A stretch of DNA of 64,000 nt from a virus: positions 1 through 64,000 of the IMG/VR virus record IMGVR_UViG_3300007513_000984. One strand, written 5' to 3'. Positions within the stretch are counted from its first letter, which is position 1. Each line of letters begins with the position of its first letter. Positions 52,070-59,438 of the stretch are shown here, piece after piece. The notes under the pieces were generated by a model. The model saw nothing but the letters and a program-made list of their open reading frames with translations. It was not told the origin of the DNA and ran no database searches. Both the position numbers and the translations under genes were made by a program.

Positions 52070-52662
52070 AGAAGATACTAATTACAGGAAGTCGTAAGTA
52101 CGGCTTGTGTGAGGCTATGTGCAATCTGTTTGACACAATGCCTGACATCGAGTACGAAACTGCAAGTAGAAGTAATGGCTATCAGTTAGATACCAACGAT
52201 GGACAACACAAATTAGCAGAGTATTATATCAATGAAAACTTTGATGTCTTTATAAACAACTCTGCAATATGGAAATTCCAGCAAGTTATGATTGCTGAGA
52301 GCATTTTTAATGCAATGGAATTAGCAGAAAGAAAGGGACATATTATAAACATAGGGTCAACTGCTGACACTGGAGTAAAGGGAAGAAGTTGGAGATATCC
52401 AACAGAAAAGAAAGCACTCAAAGCCTATAATAGAGATTTGACTTATAAAGCAATGGGTGGTAGTAATATAAAAACAACACTAATTTCGCCAGGAAGTTTA
52501 ACAACATCAAGTGTGATGAAGAAACATCCTGACAGAAAACTGATTGATGTCGAATACATTGCAGAGTTAGTAGTATGGGCAATCAATCAACCAGAGTATA
52601 TCAATGTCAACGAATTGTCGATTGACCCGATACAACATGGAACATACGCAAGAGAGGTATAA
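52066..52662 (+). CDS. Short-chain dehydrogenase/reductase
   Basis: ILITGSRKYGL, FINNSA, IINIGS, YPTEK (YxxxK) and ISPG. Confidence 0.8.
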   Translation: MKKILITGSRKYGLCEAMCNLFDTMPDIEYETASRSNGYQLDTNDGQHKLAEYYINENFDVFINNSAIWKFQQVMIAESIFNAMELAERKGHIINIGSTADTGVKGRSWRYPTEKKALKAYNRDLTYKAMGGSNIKTTLISPGSLTTSSVMKKHPDRKLIDVEYIAELVVWAINQPEYINVNELSIDPIQHGTYAREV

Positions 52663-52664
52663 GT

Positions 52665-54446
52665 TTGCTAATAATTAAGAATATAACAATAAGAAATTTT
52701 ATGAGTGTGGGCAACGTAACCCAGGCTGTAACATTAAACCAAAATGAACTAACTTTAGTTTTGGGTAATAATGTTGATTTAGGTAGTGATGGTGCAAGAA
52801 ACGGAACTGGTAAGACCACTTTAATCAATGCGTTATCGTACGGTTTATATGGCAAAGCACTTACAAATATTAAACAGAACAATCTAATCAACAAAACCAA
52901 TGGTAAAGGTATGATGGTTACTGTTGATTTCACATACAACGGAAATGAATATAGAATTGAACGTGGTCGTTCTCCTAATGTATTTCATTTTATGCGTGAT
53001 GGTATGGAACTCGGTGATAATAACGTAGAGAATGCAGGTCAAGGAGAGATGCGATTGACTCAAGTTGAAGTTGAGAGCATTATTGGTCTTTCTCATGCAA
53101 TGTTCAAACATATTATTGCATTGAATACTTATACCGAGCCGTTCCTGGCATTACGTGCTGGTGACCAACGTGAACTTATCGAAGAACTTCTAGGAATTAC
53201 AGAACTCTCTCGTAAAGCAGAAGCACTCAAAGAGATTTCAAAGAACACAAGAGAGCAAATAAAAGAAGAAGAATACTCACTCAAAGGCAAAGAAGATACG
53301 AATGCTCGTATTCTTAAAAGCATCAAAGACATTGAACGTAGACAGAAAGTTTGGACAAATAAACAAACAACAGATTTAGTAACATTACAAACCGAACTAT
53401 CTTCATTAACACATTTAGATATAGAATCTGAACTAAAGAACCATGCTTTGTTAGTTACATATAATGAAAATATGACGGCAAAATCTACAGCAACTTCTTG
53501 GATTGATAGCATCGAGTCTGACAACTCAAAACAAAATAAACTAATAGAAAGATTAGATAACGAAATAAAATTAATTGAAGAACACAAATGTCATGCTTGT
53601 GGTCAAGAAATTCATGATGAGAAACAAGGCGAGATACTGACAAATAAAAATACACTGAGGAAGGAAGCAGTAGACCAACTTACCGTAAATCAAACTTCAT
53701 GGACTGAACACAATACTTTAATCGAGGGTATCGGAGATATTGGCGAGAAACCTGTTACTTTCTATCAGACATTATCTGATGCTTACGAACATCAAACTTC
53801 TGTAGAGAAATTAGCAGAACAAATAGAACTAAACAAGAACACTGAGGACCCATACGCAGAACAAATAGCAGATATGCGTGATAGTGCCTTAGAAGAAGTA
53901 GACTATGGACACATGAATTCATTGGTTTCTTTGCAGGAACACCAAGAATTCTTATTAAAATTACTAACTAACAAAGACAGTTTTATACGTAAAAAGATTA
54001 TAGACCAGAATTTAAGTTATTTAAATCAACGTCTAGCAAGGTACTTAGACCGACTAGGATTACCACATGATGTTGTATTCCAAAGCGATTTAACAGTAGA
54101 AATCACTGAAATGGGTCGTGATTTAGACTTTGATAACTTATCTAGAGGTGAAAGGAATCGACTTATACTAGGTTTAAGTTGGAGTTTCCGTGACATATTT
54201 GAGTCATTATACAGCACAATTAACGTGTTATTTGTTGATGAATTGATAGATAGCGGATTAGACACCAATGGTGTTGAGTCCTCACTTGCTGTTCTTAAGA
54301 AGATGGCAAGAGATGGAAATAGAAGTGTGTATTTGATATCACACAAAGACGAATTGCAAGGGCGTGTACAAAGCGTTCTAAATGTAATAAAAGAGAATGG
54401 TTTTACAAGTTTTTCTCATGAAGAGGAAACTACCACTACAATATAG
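52665..54446 (+). CDS. Recombination ATPase gp46 (Rad50/SbcC-like)
   Basis: Walker A NGTGKT, Zn-hook CHAC, signature LSRGE, Walker B LFVDE and H-loop ISH; TTG start after GAGG. Confidence 0.95.
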   Translation: MLIIKNITIRNFMSVGNVTQAVTLNQNELTLVLGNNVDLGSDGARNGTGKTTLINALSYGLYGKALTNIKQNNLINKTNGKGMMVTVDFTYNGNEYRIERGRSPNVFHFMRDGMELGDNNVENAGQGEMRLTQVEVESIIGLSHAMFKHIIALNTYTEPFLALRAGDQRELIEELLGITELSRKAEALKEISKNTREQIKEEEYSLKGKEDTNARILKSIKDIERRQKVWTNKQTTDLVTLQTELSSLTHLDIESELKNHALLVTYNENMTAKSTATSWIDSIESDNSKQNKLIERLDNEIKLIEEHKCHACGQEIHDEKQGEILTNKNTLRKEAVDQLTVNQTSWTEHNTLIEGIGDIGEKPVTFYQTLSDAYEHQTSVEKLAEQIELNKNTEDPYAEQIADMRDSALEEVDYGHMNSLVSLQEHQEFLLKLLTNKDSFIRKKIIDQNLSYLNQRLARYLDRLGLPHDVVFQSDLTVEITEMGRDLDFDNLSRGERNRLILGLSWSFRDIFESLYSTINVLFVDELIDSGLDTNGVESSLAVLKKMARDGNRSVYLISHKDELQGRVQSVLNVIKENGFTSFSHEEETTTTI

Positions 54447-54455
54447 GAGAAATAT

Positions 54456-54632
54456 ATGAGTACAAATGCAGAAATTATGGAAGCAGTTGAAACTTACCAG
54501 GCAGAAAATGCTAAGTTTGAAGAAAAGGGTGTAAAAGCCTCAGCCGCTCGTGCCAGAAAGGCATTAGGTAATCTTGGCAAACTTACAAAGGTACGTAGAA
54601 AAGAAATCCAAGAAAAAAAGAATAATATGTAA
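54456..54632 (+). CDS. Small basic histone H1-like (Hc1-type) protein, 58 aa, not in the ORF track
   Basis: AGGAGA SD; MSTNAEIMEAVETYQAENAKFEEKGVKASAARARKALGNLGKLTKVRRKEIQEKKNNM, with the KGxKAxAxRARKA motif. Confidence 0.8.
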   Translation: MSTNAEIMEAVETYQAENAKFEEKGVKASAARARKALGNLGKLTKVRRKEIQEKKNNM

Positions 54633-54650
54633 AAAAAATACTAAAACCAC

Positions 54651-54679
54651 TTGACTTTGATGGTCCAGTATGTTAGTAT
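54651..54679 (+). promoter_or_regulatory. Sigma70-type promoter
   Basis: TTGACT-17 bp-TAGTAT with TGn. Confidence 0.7.
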
Positions 54680-54685
54680 TATATA

Positions 54686-54812
54686 ATCAACGGAAGCCTA
54701 TGTCTCCTCTAAACCTCTCTCATCGACACTGGCCTCTAGTTGATACTCTATCAGAACGATAGAGGAGTTCGACAAAAGGCCCGGTACCAGAAATGGTATC
54801 GGGTTTTTTCTT
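54686..54812 (+). ncRNA. Putative ~125-nt small RNA (or attenuated leader)
   Basis: Lies between a sigma70 promoter and an intrinsic terminator; three hairpins, a CU-rich loop and no convincing ORF. Confidence 0.6.
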
Positions 54813-54816
54813 TTTT
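54780..54816 (+). terminator. Intrinsic terminator
   Basis: CCCGGTACCA-gaaa-TGGTATCGGG followed by TTTTTTCTTTTTT. Confidence 0.88.
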
Positions 54817-54840
54817 GTCTAAATACATCAACGTATCTTT

Positions 54841-55107
54841 ATGAGAGAAATCCCAATGACTAGTAAAAACTATGAAAATTTGAAATGGTTTGCGACATTT
54901 ATGTTTGTTCTTGCTGGAGTATTGATATCTCTGAATATAGAACAATCTAAATGGGCTTTTCCATTATTCGCAACAGGACATATGACTGTGCTGTTCGTAT
55001 TTTTAAGATTAAAGGATAAGCCAATGATTTTTCAGAATAGTTTCTTCTTGGCTATTGATTTCTTAGGAATATATCAGTGGTTATTGGCGCCTATATTTTT
55101 TGTTTAA
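54841..55107 (+). CDS. Small membrane protein (about 3 TM helices)
   Basis: Three hydrophobic segments. The start may be the ATG at 54856. Confidence 0.65.
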   Translation: MREIPMTSKNYENLKWFATFMFVLAGVLISLNIEQSKWAFPLFATGHMTVLFVFLRLKDKPMIFQNSFFLAIDFLGIYQWLLAPIFFV

Positions 55108-55528
55108 GGCTTTTTAGATACTCAGTAAGAATTTTTGAACTTCCCACTCGTACATTGATAATACCATTATAGTATTCATCTGTTTCTAAGACTCTTCGGT
55201 CAAATTGTTCTTTTGCTTCTAGGTAACTCATTGCACCACGACTAGGACAGTAGTGGAGTATTTCACGTGTAAATTTATCTTGGCCTAATTTTTTTACATC
55301 GGCATTTAAATAGTCAGAAGAACCCCAATAAGTTCTCCAATCACTTTCTTTATATCCACGTCTTTTGTTCTTTCTGCCTTTAAGAGGTGGTTTTGTTGTT
55401 TTAAATCGTGATAACTTCTTACCAATGTACTTACGATTATCTACAAGATTTGTAATTATATACACAAATCCCTCAACATTCTCAGGTAATTCATCTACAA
55501 CTTTATTTTTATATGTCCATTCACTCAT
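55091..55528 (-). CDS. GIY-YIG family nuclease-like protein (Seg-like)
   Basis: GFVYIITN...KYIGKK, YWGSS, FTREIL and YYN. Confidence 0.8.
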   Translation of the reverse strand: MSEWTYKNKVVDELPENVEGFVYIITNLVDNRKYIGKKLSRFKTTKPPLKGRKNKRRGYKESDWRTYWGSSDYLNADVKKLGQDKFTREILHYCPSRGAMSYLEAKEQFDRRVLETDEYYNGIINVRVGSSKILTEYLKSLKQKI

Positions 55529-55619
55529 GGTGTTCTCATTCTAATAGGTCTAAAGACCTAATATCTTCGGAAATCTTCGATTTCCTCGATATTTCTTTTT
55601 TCAATTCAATATTATTTAT

Positions 55620-56097
55620 CCGCTTGTCAGTTCGGAAGACACAATTGCCCATCCGACTGGGCAACTGCTGAGATACTTGTCAAGTTCATCAGACTCTATG
55701 TCTAAGTTAGCCACTAGCAATGGCGAGGTCGGTTGGCGATTCCCTCGTAACTTAGTATTGCGTCTTTCGACCCAACGGCACTTTGAATAATCCACATAGA
55801 ATAAAATATCATCAAAGTTGGTAGTGTTTTTAACCTACCTGCGGTTTGTACATTTCTGTACGGTAAATACTAGTCATTCAATACCTTTAGAGTATTGAAT
55901 GTTTTGATACAAACAATTTTGTGGTTAACGAGAAGCAGTGTCGGAGTTCACCCAACTTATCCGAACGTATGTAAAATATACGCCCTCAATCCCGAGTCGG
56001 CATCCCGACTAACAGTTCCACTATGTAATGCCGTATTAGTTCTTTATTAGTTCTTTGGGGATTTGTATTAGATTTGAATCGATTTATATTAGTTATG
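55620..56097 (-). ncRNA. Candidate large structured non-coding RNA (~480 nt, unassigned family)
   Basis: ORF-free; ~42% GC over 55621-56040 (hand count); about 10 helices; GAAA tetraloops and G-U pairs that form only on the minus strand; own sigma70 promoter. Confidence 0.65.
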
Positions 56098-56103
56098 TTG
56101 AAC

Positions 56104-56132
56104 ATACTAACACAAAGGAAAAGGGATGTCAA
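56104..56132 (-). promoter_or_regulatory. Sigma70-type promoter pointing into the structured non-coding region
   Basis: Minus strand TTGACA-17 bp-TAGTAT with TGn. Confidence 0.75.
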
Positions 56133-56159
56133 CCCTTTTTGTAACTTTTTTGTATTTTT

Positions 56160-56393
56160 TTATAAAATAGGTACGCCAGCCTTCTTACTCATCTCAAAAT
56201 TCTCAGAAACTATATCATTTAGATACGTTATATGATTAATAGGCATATCATGGAGTTCAGATATACTGACGCCACCACGCATATACCAAGTTAGTTTATA
56301 CAAGGATTTGTGTAGAGATTCAAGTGATTTCTTATAAGACTCTTGTTTCTCTATTACTTCAGTGTCGCTGGCAGTCTTTAACCAGCCGAGGAA
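56160..56393 (-). CDS. gp51-like baseplate hub assembly domain, probably expressed as a -1 frameshift extension of the gp26-like gene
   Basis: LTWYMRGGVSISELHDMP motif. The in-frame ATG at 56441 has only a GAGG 1 nt upstream; the ORF overlaps the gp26-like end at slippery A-AAU-UUU. Confidence 0.6.
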   Translation of the reverse strand, partial: FLGWLKTASDTEVIEKQESYKKSLESLHKSLYKLTWYMRGGVSISELHDMPINHITYLNDIVSENFEMSKKAGVPIL

Positions 56394-57226
56394 AAATTTA
56401 CAGGATTTAGTTGGAAAGTAACTTTCTCCTTGCTTTTGCATGCCTCACAAGCAAATTCAAACGTTGATATGTCTTGTAAATTTGGAGATGCAACACTTAC
56501 CGCCTTGTTTACATCGTTTACGACCTTACTTGGAACATTTTCCATAAATTCTTCAATCATTGTATTGTCAGTAACAACTTGGTCAGGTGTTTCAATTCTG
56601 TCGATAGAACTTATTAATAGGTCTATGTTCTGTTTTGATACTTTTCTGAAACTGAGAGCAAATTGTTTTGCCATAGCAATTTCATCGCTATCATCACTTT
56701 CTCCTGTTTCTTTGATTTTGTTTAATATGCGAGATTGTTCAACTTCCATTAGAGCCAGTGTTGTTAGACTGTCTAATTTTGGCGGAGTTATAAATATTTT
56801 TAAATCTTCATGTTCAATTGGAGGAATTTCAGTTATTTCTGGAAACTTTTCAAGAATATGATTGATATCTATATTGTAATCTGCCTTTTCTTTACACTCA
56901 GAGCAAGTGTGGGTATGTTGAACGTTTTTGCCATACGTTGCATATTTGATTGCTAGATATATCATTTCTGCATCAACATTGCATAAATTCCTTGGATTTG
57001 GAATCACCGGAACACAACTTTTGATGAGATTTATGAGTGCCTCGCCGTTAAGTAGTTCATCGGGATTCTGCATTGATATTTCATCAATAGCAGTCATCGG
57101 AAGTATAGGTAACTCGTCCAATACAGTTTTTTCTATTTCTGGATTAAATCTGCCACCGGTTGGAATTTGTACATATATTCCCGGTTTACGGAAATATTTT
57201 GATAATGGGTTCTCATTGGTGTTCAT
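56378..57226 (-). CDS. Baseplate hub assembly protein, T4 gp26-like
   Basis: NPLSKYFRKP, PMTAIDEI, AIKYATYG and two CxxC motifs (CSEC, CEAC). Confidence 0.8.
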   Translation of the reverse strand: MNTNENPLSKYFRKPGIYVQIPTGGRFNPEIEKTVLDELPILPMTAIDEISMQNPDELLNGEALINLIKSCVPVIPNPRNLCNVDAEMIYLAIKYATYGKNVQHTHTCSECKEKADYNIDINHILEKFPEITEIPPIEHEDLKIFITPPKLDSLTTLALMEVEQSRILNKIKETGESDDSDEIAMAKQFALSFRKVSKQNIDLLISSIDRIETPDQVVTDNTMIEEFMENVPSKVVNDVNKAVSVASPNLQDISTFEFACEACKSKEKVTFQLNPVNFSSAG

Positions 57227-57292
57227 TGTTTGTCCTTTTGATAAATACAGTATAATAAGTTAATAATTAAGTATAGACATAACTATCATAAT

Positions 57293-57322
57293 TATTTATC
57301 TTTGAGAATAACTACGTAGTTT
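57293..57322 (-). promoter_or_regulatory. Late promoter with an upstream palindromic AACTACGTAGTT element
   Basis: Minus strand reads AAACTACG-N15-ATAAATA. A divergent plus-strand ATAAATA lies at 57241. Confidence 0.55.
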
Positions 57323-57347
57323 TATAACACAATTTAGAGGGTTTTCA

Positions 57348-59378
57348 ATGGCAGACGAACAAGATGTTTTTATTACCGGTATAAGCGGCAGTCTTCAGCA
57401 ATGGTCTACTGAGGCTACAGCAACGAAAATTGCAGGAACATTAAGACAAATTTCAACACAAAACACGTCAATACTCAATTTACTCAATGCAGTAAAGGGT
57501 GGCGAACAGTTATCTGCAAAAGAACTTGCCGCAATTAAGGCTGAACTTCGTACAAATAATAGGACTGAAAGCACAAGTGCAAAATCAGAATCAACTGCAC
57601 GTGGTCAAACTCAAACTTACAGACAAAAGTTCCTTGGTGGATTACAAAGCATGGCAATGAGCGATAAAGAAGTCGCTGACCAACTGCTTAAAAATCAAAA
57701 ACAACACACTATACATACTAAAAAAATAGAAAATCTTTTGGCAGCCGGAATGTCTAGAGATGAAGCAGAAAAAGCCGTAGACGGCGAAGAGAAAAAAGCA
57801 AACTGGAAGAAAATGTCTGCTGTAGCCGCCACCGCTCTGGCGAGTATTGGCGCAGTAAAAGAAGCATCTCAAGTTGGATTTGAACAAAGATTTGATATGG
57901 CATCAGAATTACGTCAAACAGGTTTGATGGATGGAATAGGTGGCATGAATGAGGGATTCATCTCAATAGCAAAAACAATTAGTAGTACTGGATTTACCTT
58001 TGGTATGGCGGCAGAAATGACTAAAGATTTTGCAAAAACTGTTGGTATAGTGGGAGTAAAGAGTACTTTAGATTTTGTTGACAGCATGGCCAGAGGTCCA
58101 GAGGGATTAATGGATAGATTTGCTTTAGAATTTGGTCAAGTAGTTGGTATATCTGGAGAATATCTAGACTCGTTACGACTTTCAGGACAACTTCGAGGTA
58201 GGTCAGATGCAGATTTAGCCAGAGGAATGGAAAGTTTCATGTCTAACGTACAGGCAACTTCAAATGTATTAAAAGTTTCAATGGAAGAAGCGGCAACGAT
58301 ATTGAAGAACAGTCTTAGTGACGTTGAAAAAGGTATGTTATTAACTCTTCCAAAAGCAATGCAAGATTCACTGAGGGGGGCGATGTCTTTTGCAGGTGGT
58401 ATGAATAATCCGATAGGAGATTTATTAGCGGCAAGAATGGGAGCAGGTTCTGAATCGATGTTCCAACAGACTGCAATATTTCAGCAAATGTCGGGAAATG
58501 CATTAGGACAACAACTAATACAATTTGTTAATGAAGCCGCTGGACAGTTTACCCAAGGCGGAGATGCACAGTTTCAAAGTTTCATGGCAAATAATTTGCC
58601 TGGTGTTGTTCAAGGTTATATGGAACAATATGGGCAAGGCTCTTCAAGAAGTCTCGCATTTGCTAATGATGGTGAAATCTTACAATTATTGGCACAGATA
58701 AATCCTATGGCACAAAATATGGCAGAAGTCGCTCAAGGAATCAGTGGCGGCACTCGTGAAGACAAAGCAGTGGTAAACTTTAGAGACGAATTGATACAAG
58801 CACTAGCACGAGGCGAAGGTGCGATGAACTCTGTTATGGAAGGATATATTACAAATTTAGAAGCATTAACTGAATCTAATCGAGTAACATCCATTGTTCA
58901 TGCAGATACTATCGTTGCCAATGCAAATTTGATAGACGGTGCCAATAATATGGCTATAACGGTGGAGAGGGCTGGCAACATTTGGTCTAGAGGAGTATAT
59001 CAATTCGGTACCATAATGGCCAATATGTTACCTGGCAACAACGAAAACGTAGATTTCATGTCTATTGCTGGTTACACTGAAAGAGTTGACGGAAGTCTAG
59101 TGGCAGACCGAAGCGTTCATAGGTCTTTTGCGAAAGATAGTTTAAATTTAGCAGAATCTTTATATGAGCAGAAAGATAAAGGAACATTAACGAAAGATTT
59201 CCTTCAAAAGGCAACTGCTGACTATGAAATGTTAGCCAAACAATTATTAGGTACCACGAAGACCGAGTCTTGGTCTCCATGGGGTAAGAATGCTGAAGAA
59301 CAAAATGCGGCACTTCAAGCAACAATGAACAAGACAATGGCAACATTAAACGCTTTACTCGCCGAGTTTAAACAATAG
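57348..59378 (+). CDS. Tape-measure-like protein (gp29-like)
   Basis: 676 aa, Ala/Gly/Met-rich and helical, no Cys; adjacent to the gp26/gp51-like genes. Confidence 0.55.
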   Translation: MADEQDVFITGISGSLQQWSTEATATKIAGTLRQISTQNTSILNLLNAVKGGEQLSAKELAAIKAELRTNNRTESTSAKSESTARGQTQTYRQKFLGGLQSMAMSDKEVADQLLKNQKQHTIHTKKIENLLAAGMSRDEAEKAVDGEEKKANWKKMSAVAATALASIGAVKEASQVGFEQRFDMASELRQTGLMDGIGGMNEGFISIAKTISSTGFTFGMAAEMTKDFAKTVGIVGVKSTLDFVDSMARGPEGLMDRFALEFGQVVGISGEYLDSLRLSGQLRGRSDADLARGMESFMSNVQATSNVLKVSMEEAATILKNSLSDVEKGMLLTLPKAMQDSLRGAMSFAGGMNNPIGDLLAARMGAGSESMFQQTAIFQQMSGNALGQQLIQFVNEAAGQFTQGGDAQFQSFMANNLPGVVQGYMEQYGQGSSRSLAFANDGEILQLLAQINPMAQNMAEVAQGISGGTREDKAVVNFRDELIQALARGEGAMNSVMEGYITNLEALTESNRVTSIVHADTIVANANLIDGANNMAITVERAGNIWSRGVYQFGTIMANMLPGNNENVDFMSIAGYTERVDGSLVADRSVHRSFAKDSLNLAESLYEQKDKGTLTKDFLQKATADYEMLAKQLLGTTKTESWSPWGKNAEEQNAALQATMNKTMATLNALLAEFKQ

Positions 59379-59388
59379 TAGGATAGGG

Positions 59389-59422
59389 TTGACAATGAAC
59401 ATGGGATATGTTAATATAAATA
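59389..59422 (+). promoter_or_regulatory. Overlapping sigma70-type and late promoters of the portal gene
   Basis: TTGACA-17 bp-TAATAT overlapping TATAAATA (59415-59422). Confidence 0.6.
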
Positions 59423-59438
59423 GAATTAGGATAAAATT

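Noticed and set aside
55091-55528. GIY-YIG gene as a mobile intron-encoded homing endonuclease
   Set aside because: It is a bare catalytic-size domain without DNA-binding repeats, is not inside a split gene, and has its own ATAAATA upstream (about 55613-55619).
55670-55692. CUGAUGA hammerhead-like core on the minus strand
   Set aside because: The following short stem is not followed by GAAA, so the hammerhead core is incomplete.
56035-56056. 11-bp tandem repeat ATTAGTTCTTT x2 as a CRISPR array or iteron set
   Set aside because: Only two adjacent copies with no spacers; treated as part of the RNA 5' leader.
55620-56097. RNase P RNA, tmRNA or group I/II intron as the identity of the structured region
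   Set aside because: No GAGGAAAGUC-type P4 motif, no tRNA-like ends, no domain V triad helix and no interrupted gene.
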